This document shows, one piece after another, positions 12,382 through 24,592 of a DNA stretch of 64,000 nt. Both the position numbers and the translations under genes were made by a program. Each line of letters opens with the position of its first letter. Positions within the stretch are counted from its first letter, which is position 1. The notes beneath the pieces were generated by a model. It was not told where the DNA came from, did no database searches, and saw nothing but the letters and a program-made list of their open reading frames with translations. The stretch is from Setoptus koraiensis. Its lineage: Eukaryota > Animalia > Arthropoda. The stretch lies in contig CM106585.1 of the NCBI GenBank assembly GCA_048013815.1, forward strand, positions 5,394,001 to 5,458,000, read 5' to 3'.

Positions 12382-14765
12382 ATGATCCAATTGTATTCTA
12401 CGAATACACTGCCGGTATTAACATTAGTTTTGTTGTTGAGCTTGACATCAATCGCATGTGGTAAATTATCACCATTTGTCACCTACAATTCTGATAGTAA
12501 CAGCAATTTTTTCGAAAGACCTCCTAATTCGGCGACGTCCAGCAACTATGGCAACAAGGCCAACTGGGCAGTGCCCAACGTCTCAAATCAAAGAGCGCCA
12601 TTATTACGACAGCAACAGCCACCGATGAGAACGGCTCCTCTTTTGGATCCAACTCGACAACAGACTGGGCCGGCGAGCCAACAAAATCTCTTCCGGCCTG
12701 CCCAATCGAAATTGGCTCAGCCTCAGAGGAGAATGGCACCCGCCAGTGCCGTTGTTGCGCCACAAAAACAGTATAAACAGTCTGGAGGCTATTACGAGCA
12801 CAACAAGAGCACCGACCATGTAAAGGCGTACAACTTCGACAACCAACAAGACTATGAACCGGCGTCCAATCAATGGCAATTCGCCAATCAAGCGGAACCC
12901 GTTCAAGAGGCCGAGGCCGGCAGTGTCCAGTACGATCCGATGGCACAAGAGGAGGCGCATACACAAATGCAGTACGAGAACGTTGCGGACGGGGGACAAG
13001 AGTACGAACAACAACAATATCCCGACTATGGCTATGACAATACGAGCCAGGATAATGAGGATACTCTAGAGGATGTTGTCCAGAGTACAGCAGCGTTGGC
13101 CCGAGGTGAGTGTTGGCTATAAAACTGACTAAAGCACACTGAATACATTAGATGCTGATGATACGTTACAATCAACAAATCATTTTCACTCGACAATTTA
13201 TTTTCTGCAACGTGATCGTCGATGTAGACGATGAACCGACAGGCAATGACGACGAAGAGAACGAGGATAGCGACGACGATGAAGAGCCCAACGAGTACGA
13301 GCGTCGATTGGAGTCAGAGTTAATGAAACTGAAAATGGAACGATTGAACAAAAAGAAGCAGAAGCCCAACGCGCAGAGTGTCGCCAATGATTTGCCCGGT
13401 TTCGGCCAATTGCAGGGTGGCGCAAATATGAAACGACAGGCTGCAATGATGCCCATGAGCACCAATATCGCCATCTACAACACTGCTGGTCCTCCGGCCA
13501 GTTTAATGAACGGCGCCTCGACGGAATATTTGAGTGGGGCCAACTACCAGCAACCGCTAGAGGACGAAGATGACATAATAGAGGACGAAAACGACAAATT
13601 CATAACGAGTCCATCGGGCATTCCGAGGCCCCGATTTGTGGATCCGGTGCGTTTGGGTTACCTGGACGACGAAGACGACGACTACGTGGACGCAGACAAG
13701 ACCGACCGAGTGGTTGCGCCCAGCAACATCTTTGTACAGCCGCAGCAACAACAGCAGCAGCAACAGGTGAGGCAGGCCACCAAGGCCAACAGTGTTGTCA
13801 CGAGCGCCCGAGCCAGTGCGAGCGCCTCGTCCTCGGTGACTCAAACTCAGCAGCAGCAGCCATTGATGTGGAACTCACCTGTTGTGAGGCCCGGCCGGCC
13901 TGTTCAGGTGAGTGGCGGAGCGGCGACAAAGCCGTTGGTTGGCGGCACTCCGCAGCAGACTAGTCAGCGATTTGCACCACTGCAGCCTGTGTCGGCGAAC
14001 AACAGGAGGCGCTTCAAGCGATCTTTGTATCCGGCGGAAGACGAGCCGACGGGTGTCGAATCCCGCGATGCGGCGACCAGCGAAAAAGCCCGTCACAAGC
14101 CCGTCATGGTGACAGATATTTTGAAGCGAGTTAAACGTTGCGGGGGCGACGATGACGACGGCGGCGACGCCAATTCGGTGCGACGGGGCAGATGGGGCGG
14201 CGGCGGGCGCCGAGTGAACAAGTCGGTCAAAAAGACAAGCAAGCGAGTCAAGAGCGGCAACAAGAAGAGCAAAAAGACGAAAACGAAAGTAGTGAAAAAG
14301 ATTGTCACGACAAAGGTGATAAAGAATGGTCAAGTTCAATCTGTGCAAACTAGCGAACATTCGTCGGACGGAGCTAACAACACCGGAAGTGACAATAATG
14401 ACGCAATAATGGTGGCCACGTCCGCAAACGGTGGTCAAAATGGCGGCTGCGACCAGAACAACAACAACCAACAGCAGCAGCAGCAGCAGCAGTTGTCACA
14501 ATCGGTGCCGGCCGGTGCCGTGGTTGCGCCACCGCAGCAACCAGTTGGCCAGTCGGTGTATATACAGACCACGCCGGGCAAGGAGGTGCACACCACCAGC
14601 CAGACGAGCATGGTCGTGCAACAGGGCCCCGTCCAGCTGCAGATTGGCCAGGCGCCCCCGCAACCGCAACAACAGCAGCCGCAACAACAGCAGCCGCAAC
14701 AACCGCAGCAACAACAGCTGCAACAGACTACGACCACGACGAGCGTCGCCCAGCCGGCCCGTTGA
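12382..14765 (+). CDS. Secreted Q/P-rich low-complexity protein (~753 aa); exons 12382-13105 and 13228-14765
   Basis: N-terminal hydrophobic signal peptide (LPVLTLVLLLSLTSIACG). Donor G|GTGAGT at 13106 and acceptor tgtag|AC at 13227 are both phase 1; total CDS is 2262 nt and in frame. AATAAA lies 17 nt after the stop (14782-14787). Confidence 0.8.
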
Positions 14766-14849
14766 GCGAACAGACAATTTGAATAAACCTAAATGCACAC
14801 TCACCTCTTACCTCACTTACCCGTGCCGCAGTGTCGCCGGTGTCTGACA

Positions 14850-14945
14850 GTGTCTCGCCGGCCAGCGTCTAACGGTGTCTTGCCGGCCAGCGTCTAACGG
14901 TGTCTCGCCGGCCGGCGTCCAACGGAGTCTTGCCGGCCGGCGTCC
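14850..14945. repeat. 25-bp minisatellite (gtgtctcgccggccagcgtctaacg), ~4 copies
   Basis: Directly visible degenerate tandem array. Confidence 0.85.
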
Positions 14946-16049
14946 GGCGGCGCTCCGGGCAAATGGGTCGCTCGAGCTGTGTTTTTTCGACTGTGAGATG
15001 GCGCCACCGCGCCGCTGCTTTCCTCTGACAGTGTTGGGAGCGATTCCACTGACAGTGTTGTGACTCGGCCTCTCGGTCCGTTAACGGGCCGTTGGAATGT
15101 GCGTCGAAGTAAACAGTGTTGCGAGAGTTTGCGAGATAGGAGGAGCCTCGGCAGCTACTAAGCGGGTTGTTTGTTATTTGTTTCGACGGTTGGCGAGGGT
15201 TGGCGGGCCAACGGTACAGTGTCGAGTGCGCAGTGTGTGTTGGCGAGCTAGTGTTTCGCCAACACCAAAACAATGGCTCGGCGAGACAATGTGGCGGCAG
15301 CCTTGTGCAAATCGACGACAGGCTGTTGTGTCGTCGACTGTTGTGTCGGTGGCAAAGTCAGTCGACAGCCAATCGGGACACAGTCGACACAGCGCACACA
15401 AACAACGAGTTGTTAGAGTTTTTGGCAAATCAGTCGAGTCAGCAAAAGTGTTTCCAGCAATAGTGAATTAATCAACCGTCAACAAACCGTGTATTCAGTG
15501 TATCGGGCTAAATCGGCGAGCCGCAGCCAGCTAAACGAGCTAAACGACATCGGCGGCAGCAGCAGCAACATTGAAAAAGTATCAGTGAATTAGTGAAAGT
15601 CATGAAGTCGACGAGAGCAAATGTCCGACGAACGGCAAGCCAGCGACAGCCAGCCAATGGCAAGTCGGGCCAGCAGCACATCGGCTCGCACGACAGCTCA
15701 TTAAGCAGCCTTGGCGACAACGAGGTAAGTTATGTAATGTCAAGTTTTGTGCAATGTTTTGTTATGGGCAGCTGGCCAACAGTGGGCCGGGCACAAGCCG
15801 ACTGACGGCCCCACAAGTAGCCATCGGTGGGCTTGTGCGAGCTTGTCGACAAGAGCGTATCGCGCAAGAATTGTCATCTCATTGGTGGCACAACGAATAA
15901 ACGGGACATAATAAGAATATAATACGAATACAATGAGCATACAATGAGCATATAATAAGTAAGACAACGAGAGCCGGATGTGGCTGGCGGTGCGCAGCAA
16001 TATCGCGACGGCGACACTGCGCTGGTCAGTTGTCGGTTGTCAGTGTTGC

Positions 16050-16105
16050 CACAAGGCTCTGGTCACAAGGCTCTGGTCACAAGGCTCTGGTCACAAGGCT
16101 CTGGT
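16050..16105. repeat. 14-bp tandem repeat (cacaaggctctggt) x4
   Basis: Perfect tandem copies. Confidence 0.95.
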
Positions 16106-16851
16106 GCCAGTCACACAGCGTTAACGTAACGTTGCAGCGGCATTTGCGCCGGCTCTGATCGGATCTTGTGAGATATCTGTTGCGTCAATCCAATCACCGA
16201 GCCACCAGTGTCAGCTGATGCATGTCAACACTGTCTGATAGTCACCTGTCGTTTTGTCGCAAAACTTTTGTGCCACATTGGAGGGCGCTTGCGAGCGAGC
16301 ATCGAACACACAAGCCACGAAACTCGCATCGCTCATGACTCGCATAACTCACACGACTCGCAACGCCAGACAAGATGAAACGCTGGCGAGATGAAACGCT
16401 GGCGAGATGCGAAGGCAAACGGATGCTCGGCGGATGGCAGCCAGCGACAACAATGGCCACTTGATGAATCAGTGTAACAAGTGTTGCCAGACAAAACGAT
16501 GGTTGCGACAGGTTGTTGAAGGCGAGTCGTCGAGAGCGAGAGTTGTTAGGAGAGAGTTTTCAGCCTAACAATGTCATGTTGTTAGGAGAGAGTTTTTGGC
16601 TTAACAATGTTATGTTGAGAGAGAGAGAGAGAGAGTTGAGTTTCAGTGCTCGACAACAAACAAACGGCCAGCGTTTAAGTGATCAGGCGAGCGTTGCAAA
16701 GTGGCAAAGATTATCCCCGCTCGGCCCGAGCGCTTGTTGGGGGCCGCGCTGCCGCGCCGGCCCGACAGGTCGCCGGCTGCAAGCGCGCCAAGGAAGTGGC
16801 TGCTTTGTTTGGCTGTAAGTGCTCGCGAGCTTGTATCTGGCTCCAGCCAAT

Positions 16852-16901
16852 CGAGCCAAATCGGGCCAAATCGGGCCAAATCGAGCCAAATCGAGCCAAA
16901 T
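16852..16901. repeat. 10-bp tandem repeat (gccaaatcgr) x~5
   Basis: Directly visible. Confidence 0.9.
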
Positions 16902-18140
16902 CAAGCGATGGTGCGCTTGCACTTCGACACGCCAGACAATAATTGTTGTTTGTATAGCGAGCCGGCAAACAGGTGACACTGTTGTCGACTTGTGTGCCCG
17001 TCGAGTGTTGGCGAATGTCAACAAATTAATAGTACAAATTGTGGGAATTTCTCGCTCTCTCTCTGGCTGTGTAGCGGCCGCCAGTGAGGCTGCCAGCGAT
17101 TGCGAATTGCGACTGATTAGTAAATTGACAATTGTGAGTGCCGGTCGAGTGGCGAGAGTGACGGGCAGCATCGGCGAGCCAGCGACACGAAGATGCCAGA
17201 TTGTGTGAGAGCGGCCCATTGTGAGATAACCAAACAAAACAATGAGCGCTGGCAATGTAATTGCTGTTATGGTCGCTTGCCAGATTACAAATGGCACGGT
17301 TGCGTTTCGTGCCCGCCCGTCGTCCGGCCGATGCGCAGCCAGCGCAGCGGCCGATACGCAGCCAATAGCCGGCCGATACGCAGCCGATAGCCGGCCGATA
17401 TGCAGCCGACAGAACGGCCAACCGGCGCTGGCGACGCAACGGAATAGCGATGGAGACTCGTCGCTTTCGGTCGCCATTCTCTGGCCATTCTCTCTCGCTC
17501 GATCGTGTCTGTGTACGTCGAGCACACTTGCGCCGGCCAAACAATCTTGGCCACTGGCCACTGGCCATTGGCTGATGGTTATTGGCTGTTGGCCGCTGAC
17601 TGTTGGCCGCTGACTGTTGGCCGGCTACTGGCCAGATGCTGGCCAGCGTGAGCACTGGCGAGCGATTGTTATGTAAGACCGTTGCGACAGTGACACACGC
17701 ACGCCTTGTTCAGCGAGGCTTGTTGAACAGAGTTTGTTGAACAGGCGGACAAAACAGCCACTTCCATCGGCCAGCCAATCGGCAATCGTCAATTGCGAAT
17801 CGTCAATTGAGAATCGGGACGCAAACGGCGATAGTTAGCATCAACCTGTTGTTAGTGTCACCGGCGAGCGAACGTTTGTTGTGTGCCTTCGAACGTTTGC
17901 TGTGTGTGTTCGAACGTTTGTTGTGTGTGTGTTTGTTCAACTGACCACCTAACAGGTGAGTAGCGAGCGAGTCTATTGAGTGCTGCCCAAACAGCGGCCG
18001 TCTGGGCAACACGCTGACCCAGATGGCGCCAAAACAATGCCACTGTCACTGACCAATCGCTGCCATTTTGCACACCCCACGACAAACAATCGCGCGGCCA
18101 CTTGCGCCGGCTCGTCAGTGCTTGCCCGTGACTTGGCATG

Positions 18141-18224
18141 GAAATTCGAAAATTCGAAAATTCGAAAATTCGAAAATTCGAAAATTCGAAAATTCGAAAA
18201 TTCGAAAATTCGAAATTTCGAAAT
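18141..18224. repeat. 8-bp tandem repeat (gaaaattc), ~10 copies
   Basis: Directly visible. A related array occurs at 53001-53110. Confidence 0.95.
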
Positions 18225-18868
18225 TTTTTCATTCAGTCTGAGTCAGAATTTCTGAGCCGGAACCAATGGAAACGCGCCCAATGGCCGCCCGATTTCCGGC
18301 GCAGCGAATGGCCGCAACTGGTCGCTCGTGCTGCTTAATTGTAGCCCAAAGTCGGCTTACATGCGTACCAAGATGGTCGCCAAGTGCGCCAAGTGCGGCT
18401 TCAATTGTGATTATTGTGACAATTGTGGCAAGTGTGACAATCGCGGCTAGTGTGGCCTCAATTGTGGCTTGTGTGGCCTCAATTGTGGCTGCTTATCGGT
18501 GGTACCATCGGCATCTTGTTGGCAGTGTTATCGATTTGTGCTGCGACACTTGTCAGCGAAAGTGTCGCAAGTGAGTGCGCTTCGTTGTTTGCGATCGGCC
18601 CTTATCGGTGATTTGATTTGCGCATTCTCGCAGACGGCGACAATTACAAACAATGTAGGCGATAATGACAGCAACAACAACAATTGCTAACGCCAATTGC
18701 CACAGCGGCGAGTCTTGCCGCTTGGCTGTTGCCATCGAGACAGCGCTAGTTCAACGGCTTCGCCAGCCGCCAAGATTGCGTGCCATTTTGGCACACACAT
18801 AGAAAGGGGGACACTGCAAAGTAAGCCACTGCAAGGGGAGATATTGCGACCGTGCGTACTCATTACGC

Positions 18869-18970
18869 GGTGCTACATGGTGCTAGACGGTGCTACATGG
18901 TGCTAGACGGTGCTATATGGTGTTAGACGGGGCTAGACAATGTTAGACAATGTTAGACGGTGTTACACGG
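18869..18970. repeat. 10/20-bp minisatellite (ggtgctacatggtgctagac)
   Basis: Directly visible degenerate array. Confidence 0.85.
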
Positions 18971-19552
18971 CGTGTGTTTTTCTCTTTATACTCTCGTATT
19001 ATCTTTATAGACGGAGCAATTTTGCGAGCGCATAACTTATGCGGCATGAGCGCATAAGAGCGCTCGCCAGAATAGCTGTTCCACAAGCAACAGCAACAAC
19101 GACGACAACAACAACAACAACAGAAACAACAACAACAGAAACAACAACAACGCCAAAACGGCCACGACTGTGAGCGAGTTGTGATTATTATTTGTATAAA
19201 TATGCCCAATGTGAATTGTGTGTATTCTGTTACAACGAGACACTATCTGTCGGTGTTTGCCTAGGCACCAACAAGGCACTTGCGAGAGAGTGAACAAACT
19301 GACAACAAGTGCAACAGTGTCGACGGCTACAATAAATGGCAGCGACACACGACAGAGCGACAGTGACGTTCCAGACCGTGCCGACTGTGTCGAGTTGATC
19401 GAACGACCATCAACTAGCGACAATCAGCTAACAAGTGAATGCGCCACAAATTGATCTGATAATTGCAAAGTTAATAGTTGATAATAATAATTGCAGCAGC
19501 CAATTATCGAGTGTCTCATGTCTCGGCGCACTAAAACCACACTAACAAACAG

Positions 19553-21875
19553 CTTTGCTCACATCGCCAACTCATCACCACCACATTGACATGCAGCGCG
19601 ACGAACGGATATTGTCGCCTGGGGCGCGCCACTCGCCACACAATTTATCGCCATCGGCGGACGACCAGCCGGCTGCCCGTGACACAACAAGCCAATGTTG
19701 CCCGAGCGAGCACGGCAGCTCTAGTTCGGGCGTGGACGTTTGCAACAATTCGGACAACGAGTGCCATTTCAATGATTCGTCATCATTGCCAAGCGAGCGT
19801 CACGATGCAGACGCCGACGCCGACGCCGACGCAAATCACCAGCCGGCCAGCGGGCACGACGAAATCAAAGCCATGGAACAGTCGCTAGATTACACGATCA
19901 ACATTCTCAAATTGGCGCTCAACAACCAATTCGACAAGGCGCTGGCCATGAGCCAGCTCAGGTGAGTCAGTCCTGAATATGCAATCTCAATGCCAAGCCA
20001 ATCTGAATGCCAACCGGCCCGATGCTAACCGAGTCCCTCTGCTGTCCGCCGCCACCCAGGTCCACGGATGACCTGTACTCGGCCCTCGGCTACGCGGCCC
20101 TGTGCTTCTTGCGGGCCTCGCTGACCCTGGAAAGTGTAAGTGCGCGAAACTCATTTGCATGCCACCCTAACTGCACTCGCTAATTAACTAATTAATCGTA
20201 AATTCAATCATCGTGCTCATTTGCATCGCTCTACCGTTTGCATCGCTTTACCGTTTGCATCGCTACTCCGTTGGCATCGCTACTCCGTTGGCAGGACGAT
20301 TTGGCGGCCGCCACGCAGGCCATCAACAACTCGCTCGAGGTGAGCGCCAGCAAACAAAAGACCATGATCAGCCGACTGTTGTGGAGGCCCAATTACGACC
20401 TGTTCACCGATGTGCAAGTGCACGCCGAATTGGTGCAAGCCGAATCGTTGCTAATGCTGGCACTGATAACATTTTTCGCCGACCAAAGTCTCATTTGTTT
20501 GGTGAAGGGCGCATTCAGAATCAGGTCGTGCTATCAAATGTACAAGGAGTGCATGTTTATATTGCGCAACAGACACAATTGGTCCAGTTGTTTGGCCCAA
20601 AAACATTTCGAGAGCGGCGTCAGAATGGGCCTGGGCACCTTCAATCTGCTCATGTCTTATCTGCCTAGTCGCGCGCTGAGAATACTCGAGTATGTTGGCT
20701 TTTCTGGCAACCGACAATCGGGCGTCAAACAATTGGACAGATCCATAGAGTTGGCAGACGGATTGCGCAGCGTATTCTCGTCCCTGGTTACGCTCACCTA
20801 TCACACTTACGTTGAGGCCATCTTTGGTTTGGGGGCCTTTGACGCGCGCAAGGTGCAACAAATCAACGCAGAATCGGAGACACTCTATCCTAACAGTGCC
20901 TTCTTCTTGCTGTTCAGAGGCAGATATCACCAGTTTGAGGGCGATTTAGACGAGGCTCTCAGAAACTATCAGCGATGCATAGACGCACAAGACGAATGGA
21001 AACAATTTCACTCCATATGCCACTGGGAAATGATGTGGTGCTACGCCATTAGAATGGACTGGTCAAACGCCGCCCATTACGCCGACCTGTTGCGCAAGCA
21101 ATCCAAATGGTCGCCGGCCAGCTACACCTATCAGTATGGGTCATTTTTGTATATGCAAATTGTTGAGAGTGACACAAAGTGCGAGAACAACAATAACAAC
21201 AACAAATTGAGTGATATTGCGGACATAATGAAAAAAGTGCCAAAACTACGCATTAGATACGCGGGCAAGACAATACCGGCGGAAAAATTTGCCATTACAA
21301 GGTCAGAGAAGTTTATTAAACAAAAAAATAGATTGACCACGCCGGCTATGGAATTTTTGTATATTTGGAACATATTTACCACTATGCGCCACATGCCAGA
21401 TTGTATTCAACGCATACTCGACAAATTAAACCAAGAATTAAGCTTAGTGCTGACAAACAATGTACGCAGTGGTAGTGCCGATGATGCCGACACGAGATCC
21501 GCCATTAATATGGACGACTATGGTCTCACTCTGTTGCTTAAAGCTGTGTGCCTCAAAATACTTGACAGATTGGACGAGGCGCAACAATGTCTCATGGATA
21601 TAATAGATAATGAGCCACAAATCAAGATTGATACATTCCTATTGCCCTATGCCTGTATGGAAATGGGATTGCTTAAACTGGAACAAACCAAATACGATGA
21701 GGCCAGGCAATGGTTACAAAGGGCCAAACATGATTTTACAGGATACTTGTTGGAAACTGTGGTCCACTTTAGAATACACGCCGCCAATTTAGTGATACAA
21801 CAACAACGCCACAAACAAGACTCATCAGCACCAAATGGGCTAACTGAGTCCTTTGTTTCTATCGATAAATTATAG
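19553..21875 (+). CDS. TTC39: Tetratricopeptide repeat protein 39 (TTC39/IML2 family); exons 19553-19961, 20060-20135, 20295-21875; 5' exons unresolved
   Basis: LALNNQFDKAL...LYSALGY...HAELVQAESLL...KGAFRIRSCYQMYKEC...FESGVRMGLGTFNLLMSYLP...GFSGNR...QDEWKQFHSICHWEMMW...SKWSPASY...YAGKTIPAEKFA are diagnostic of TTC39. Introns 19962-20059 (phase 2) and 20136-20294 (phase 0) are GT-AG and frame-compatible. Confidence 0.93.
20219..20290. repeat. ~17-bp tandem repeat (tttgcatcgctctaccg) in TTC39 intron
   Basis: Directly visible, about 4 degenerate copies next to the acceptor. Confidence 0.8.
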
Positions 21876-22014
21876 TCCATAGAGATTGATTTGACTTGCA
21901 GCTTTGTTACTTAATTTAACTAACTGTAACATTCTAGAGGCAAGCTTATTTGCCTTGAATCGCCATAGAATAGAGAGTTGATTTAGAGAGTTATAAAAAT
22001 TTAAATTCATTCCA

Positions 22015-24156
22015 TCAAATTTGATTCAAATTCAACACTCTGATATTCTTGATCAGGGAGTCGGTAGTAGATTCACGCTCGTCGGAGCCTAACAATCCCT
22101 TAACTATCCTGTCGATCTCCTCCAGTGCCAGATGTATTTGGACATTTATGGTATCGTCAATAATTGTGTAGCTGGCTTTTTTTAGAATACGATATATATC
22201 AACTAGTTCTCGCTGAATTGACTCTATTGTTCGATTGTCCACTCCGGTTAATACCAATCTAAGTAATAAAATAGCACCTCTTTTTACTTGGAGCGTGTCT
22301 GTATCCAATAAAGGTCCAATACAAGATAGGATATCAACCATATATTTTCCAAGACAATCTTTCAGTTGCATACTGATCTCACCAATGTTGGATAGACTAG
22401 AGACTCTTATTTCCTCAATTCCACTTTTGCAACCATTTAAGAATATTCCTATCAATAATTGAGCATAATGAGGTGTCATCTGTCCTAATTCTTTTATGAG
22501 CTTGACCATGGTCTCTCCAATATTGAGACGGTTCTGCGTGGATTCATCGGGATTTTGAAACATTGTAATCAAATGAGGTAATACTAGATCGGTTTTGTAA
22601 ACAGCCATAGCCGCTAGAGAATTTATCGCATACAAGAATACATAAGGATCTTCTTCGCTTATGTTAGCCATTATCACATTAAGCAAATATTCGAATCTTT
22701 CCATCACTAGAGTATCACGCAATTCGATCAAATTTTTGATTCTAACCAAAGCATGAACTCTTGTGGGAATGAGTTTGTCATTGAGGTCACACATAATGGA
22801 TTCGAAATCCTTATTCCTCTTTTGAGATTCTTCCTGGATATTAGAATCCACGCTTCCTGGAGGGCATACCAACTCTAACTCAACAAATAACTCCTCTACT
22901 CTCGTCACAACAGATTTATGAGTTTCGTCCCGTAGATTTCTCATCTTTTCTAAGGTAGGAAGACATTTTTGTTTGAATACAGTCAACTCTTCACTCATTG
23001 ATGGAATCGCAATCAAGAGACTGAGTATATTTAGGCATATAAATATTGTTTGAGGTTCAGACGGCTCCTCCGATTTGGCTGGCCCGGCTAGTTTATCTGG
23101 ACAATGAATTTCATTTTTTGGAGGGTAACTACTCAGAATAGCACCTATTAGGCCGAAGGCACGTTTTTTGTCCTGCACAATGGTCTGAAATATACTGCCA
23201 TCGGATTCAACAGAATCTAGCATACGATCAATGATGAGGGATATCAAGCCTTTATCATTTGGGTTATTTGTGGAGTTCAGCTTCGAAAGGAGGTGAAAGA
23301 ACAATTCTATCTGATAATCAGCATCTAGTCTTGTAGTTAGAGCAATAAATGTTTCAGCCATTGTTTCATATAGCTCATTAAATTCATGCTGGACATGTAC
23401 CTCACATTCTACTAGTTCAATCCCAATACCATTATCTAGAATTCTTGATTGGTACTTGTGATAAATCTCCTGCTGGAAGAAAACAATCCTTTCGAGAAGA
23501 TAACAACTTGGGCCGGGTTTTAGGGATGAGATCAGAGCTACGAGCGTTTCCGTGAGAGGCACTTTAAGGTGGGACTGAGTTCTATACAAATGACATAGAA
23601 TATAGAATAAGAAAGGCGTTGTATCCAACAAAGCCGTTCTCAGAATCGATAGACGATGTATGATGAAGATGCTGTTTTGTAGATTTAAATTGGATAGTGT
23701 TGGCTCGCTTTTGAGAGATCCCTTTATGTCCCTAAGAAGAACACATTCGATGGTTTCACTATTCATTGAATGGTATTTGGCATTTTCGATTAAAGCCTTG
23801 AAAATTAAACCGGCCAAACTCCAGTAAGCATGGTTGTCGTATAATAGAAGAGGAATCAATTGAGGCAAGAGCTTTCTGCAGTAGTCGTCATATGGCAGAC
23901 ATAAACAGGGCAGTCTTGAAATTATCGTAGCCATGGCCATAAATCTTTGGCTGTGCGTTGAGACCTTTTGAGATGTGGGATCGAAATCAATGAGAGACGA
24001 GAATAACTCAATCAATCCCGTGGGTTCGATTAACTTTGCGGATAACCGCATGGAAATTTCTTTTCTTTCATTAGAATTCCTTTGGGTGGCAACCGCTTTT
24101 AACACTAAACCCAGTGTTGATTTTGGATCCATTTGAGGGATAGTCCTTCTGTCCAT
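22015..24156 (-). CDS. TANGO6: Transport and Golgi organization protein 6 homolog (RTP1/TANGO6, HEAT/ARM repeat), intronless, 713 aa
   Basis: C-terminal DLNDKLIPTRVHAL...EEDPYVFLYAINSL...RLNIGETMVKLIKELG...RVSSLSNIGEI...VKRGAILLL matches the RTP1_C1/C2 regions as remembered from TANGO6. Confidence 0.8.
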   Translation of the reverse strand: MDRRTIPQMDPKSTLGLVLKAVATQRNSNERKEISMRLSAKLIEPTGLIELFSSLIDFDPTSQKVSTHSQRFMAMATIISRLPCLCLPYDDYCRKLLPQLIPLLLYDNHAYWSLAGLIFKALIENAKYHSMNSETIECVLLRDIKGSLKSEPTLSNLNLQNSIFIIHRLSILRTALLDTTPFLFYILCHLYRTQSHLKVPLTETLVALISSLKPGPSCYLLERIVFFQQEIYHKYQSRILDNGIGIELVECEVHVQHEFNELYETMAETFIALTTRLDADYQIELFFHLLSKLNSTNNPNDKGLISLIIDRMLDSVESDGSIFQTIVQDKKRAFGLIGAILSSYPPKNEIHCPDKLAGPAKSEEPSEPQTIFICLNILSLLIAIPSMSEELTVFKQKCLPTLEKMRNLRDETHKSVVTRVEELFVELELVCPPGSVDSNIQEESQKRNKDFESIMCDLNDKLIPTRVHALVRIKNLIELRDTLVMERFEYLLNVIMANISEEDPYVFLYAINSLAAMAVYKTDLVLPHLITMFQNPDESTQNRLNIGETMVKLIKELGQMTPHYAQLLIGIFLNGCKSGIEEIRVSSLSNIGEISMQLKDCLGKYMVDILSCIGPLLDTDTLQVKRGAILLLRLVLTGVDNRTIESIQRELVDIYRILKKASYTIIDDTINVQIHLALEEIDRIVKGLLGSDERESTTDSLIKNIRVLNLNQI

Positions 24157-24592
24157 GGTGGTTCACTCAAGAATTCATTGGTTCGACAAATTTAACAACT
24201 GTAAATATATCACGTATAGTAAATATCTCATGTATAGAAAAATAAATGTGTATATTATGGCAAATGAAAATACTAATAAACATTAACAGAAAAGAAGCGG
24301 AAAAATAATTTGTCAATAGGTGAGCGAAGGCTTCTCACACTCAGCTGACATGGTGTCTTAGCAGGGGAAACGTGACATAAAACAGAGACACAAAAGGGGG
24401 GACGCACTTAGAATTCTCCGCACGCATGGGAAGGTCCCAGCGATATTAATTGGTTCCTGACCCACGTTGTATAATATTTATTGTAACTTATATTATCTAT
24501 TTTATGATTATTATTTATATTAATATTATTATTATATTATTATTACTACTTCTACTGTTTTTCATAGTTATAAATAAACCAATATCATCCAC
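24157..24592. promoter_or_regulatory. Putative bidirectional promoter between head-to-head TANGO6 and mitoferrin
   Basis: The two start codons diverge 436 bp apart. A very AT-rich tract spans 24470-24570. Inferred from gene arrangement only. Confidence 0.5.

Noticed and set aside
16683-17655. 292-aa and 209-aa minus-strand ORFs
   Set aside because: Composed of translated minisatellites in GC-rich, stop-poor DNA with no domain features.
17858-18338. FEFSNFRI / KFENSKIR repeat 'proteins' (also 52807-53246)
   Set aside because: Translations of the 8-bp tandem repeat; also not CRISPR, since there are no spacers or cas genes and the context is eukaryotic.
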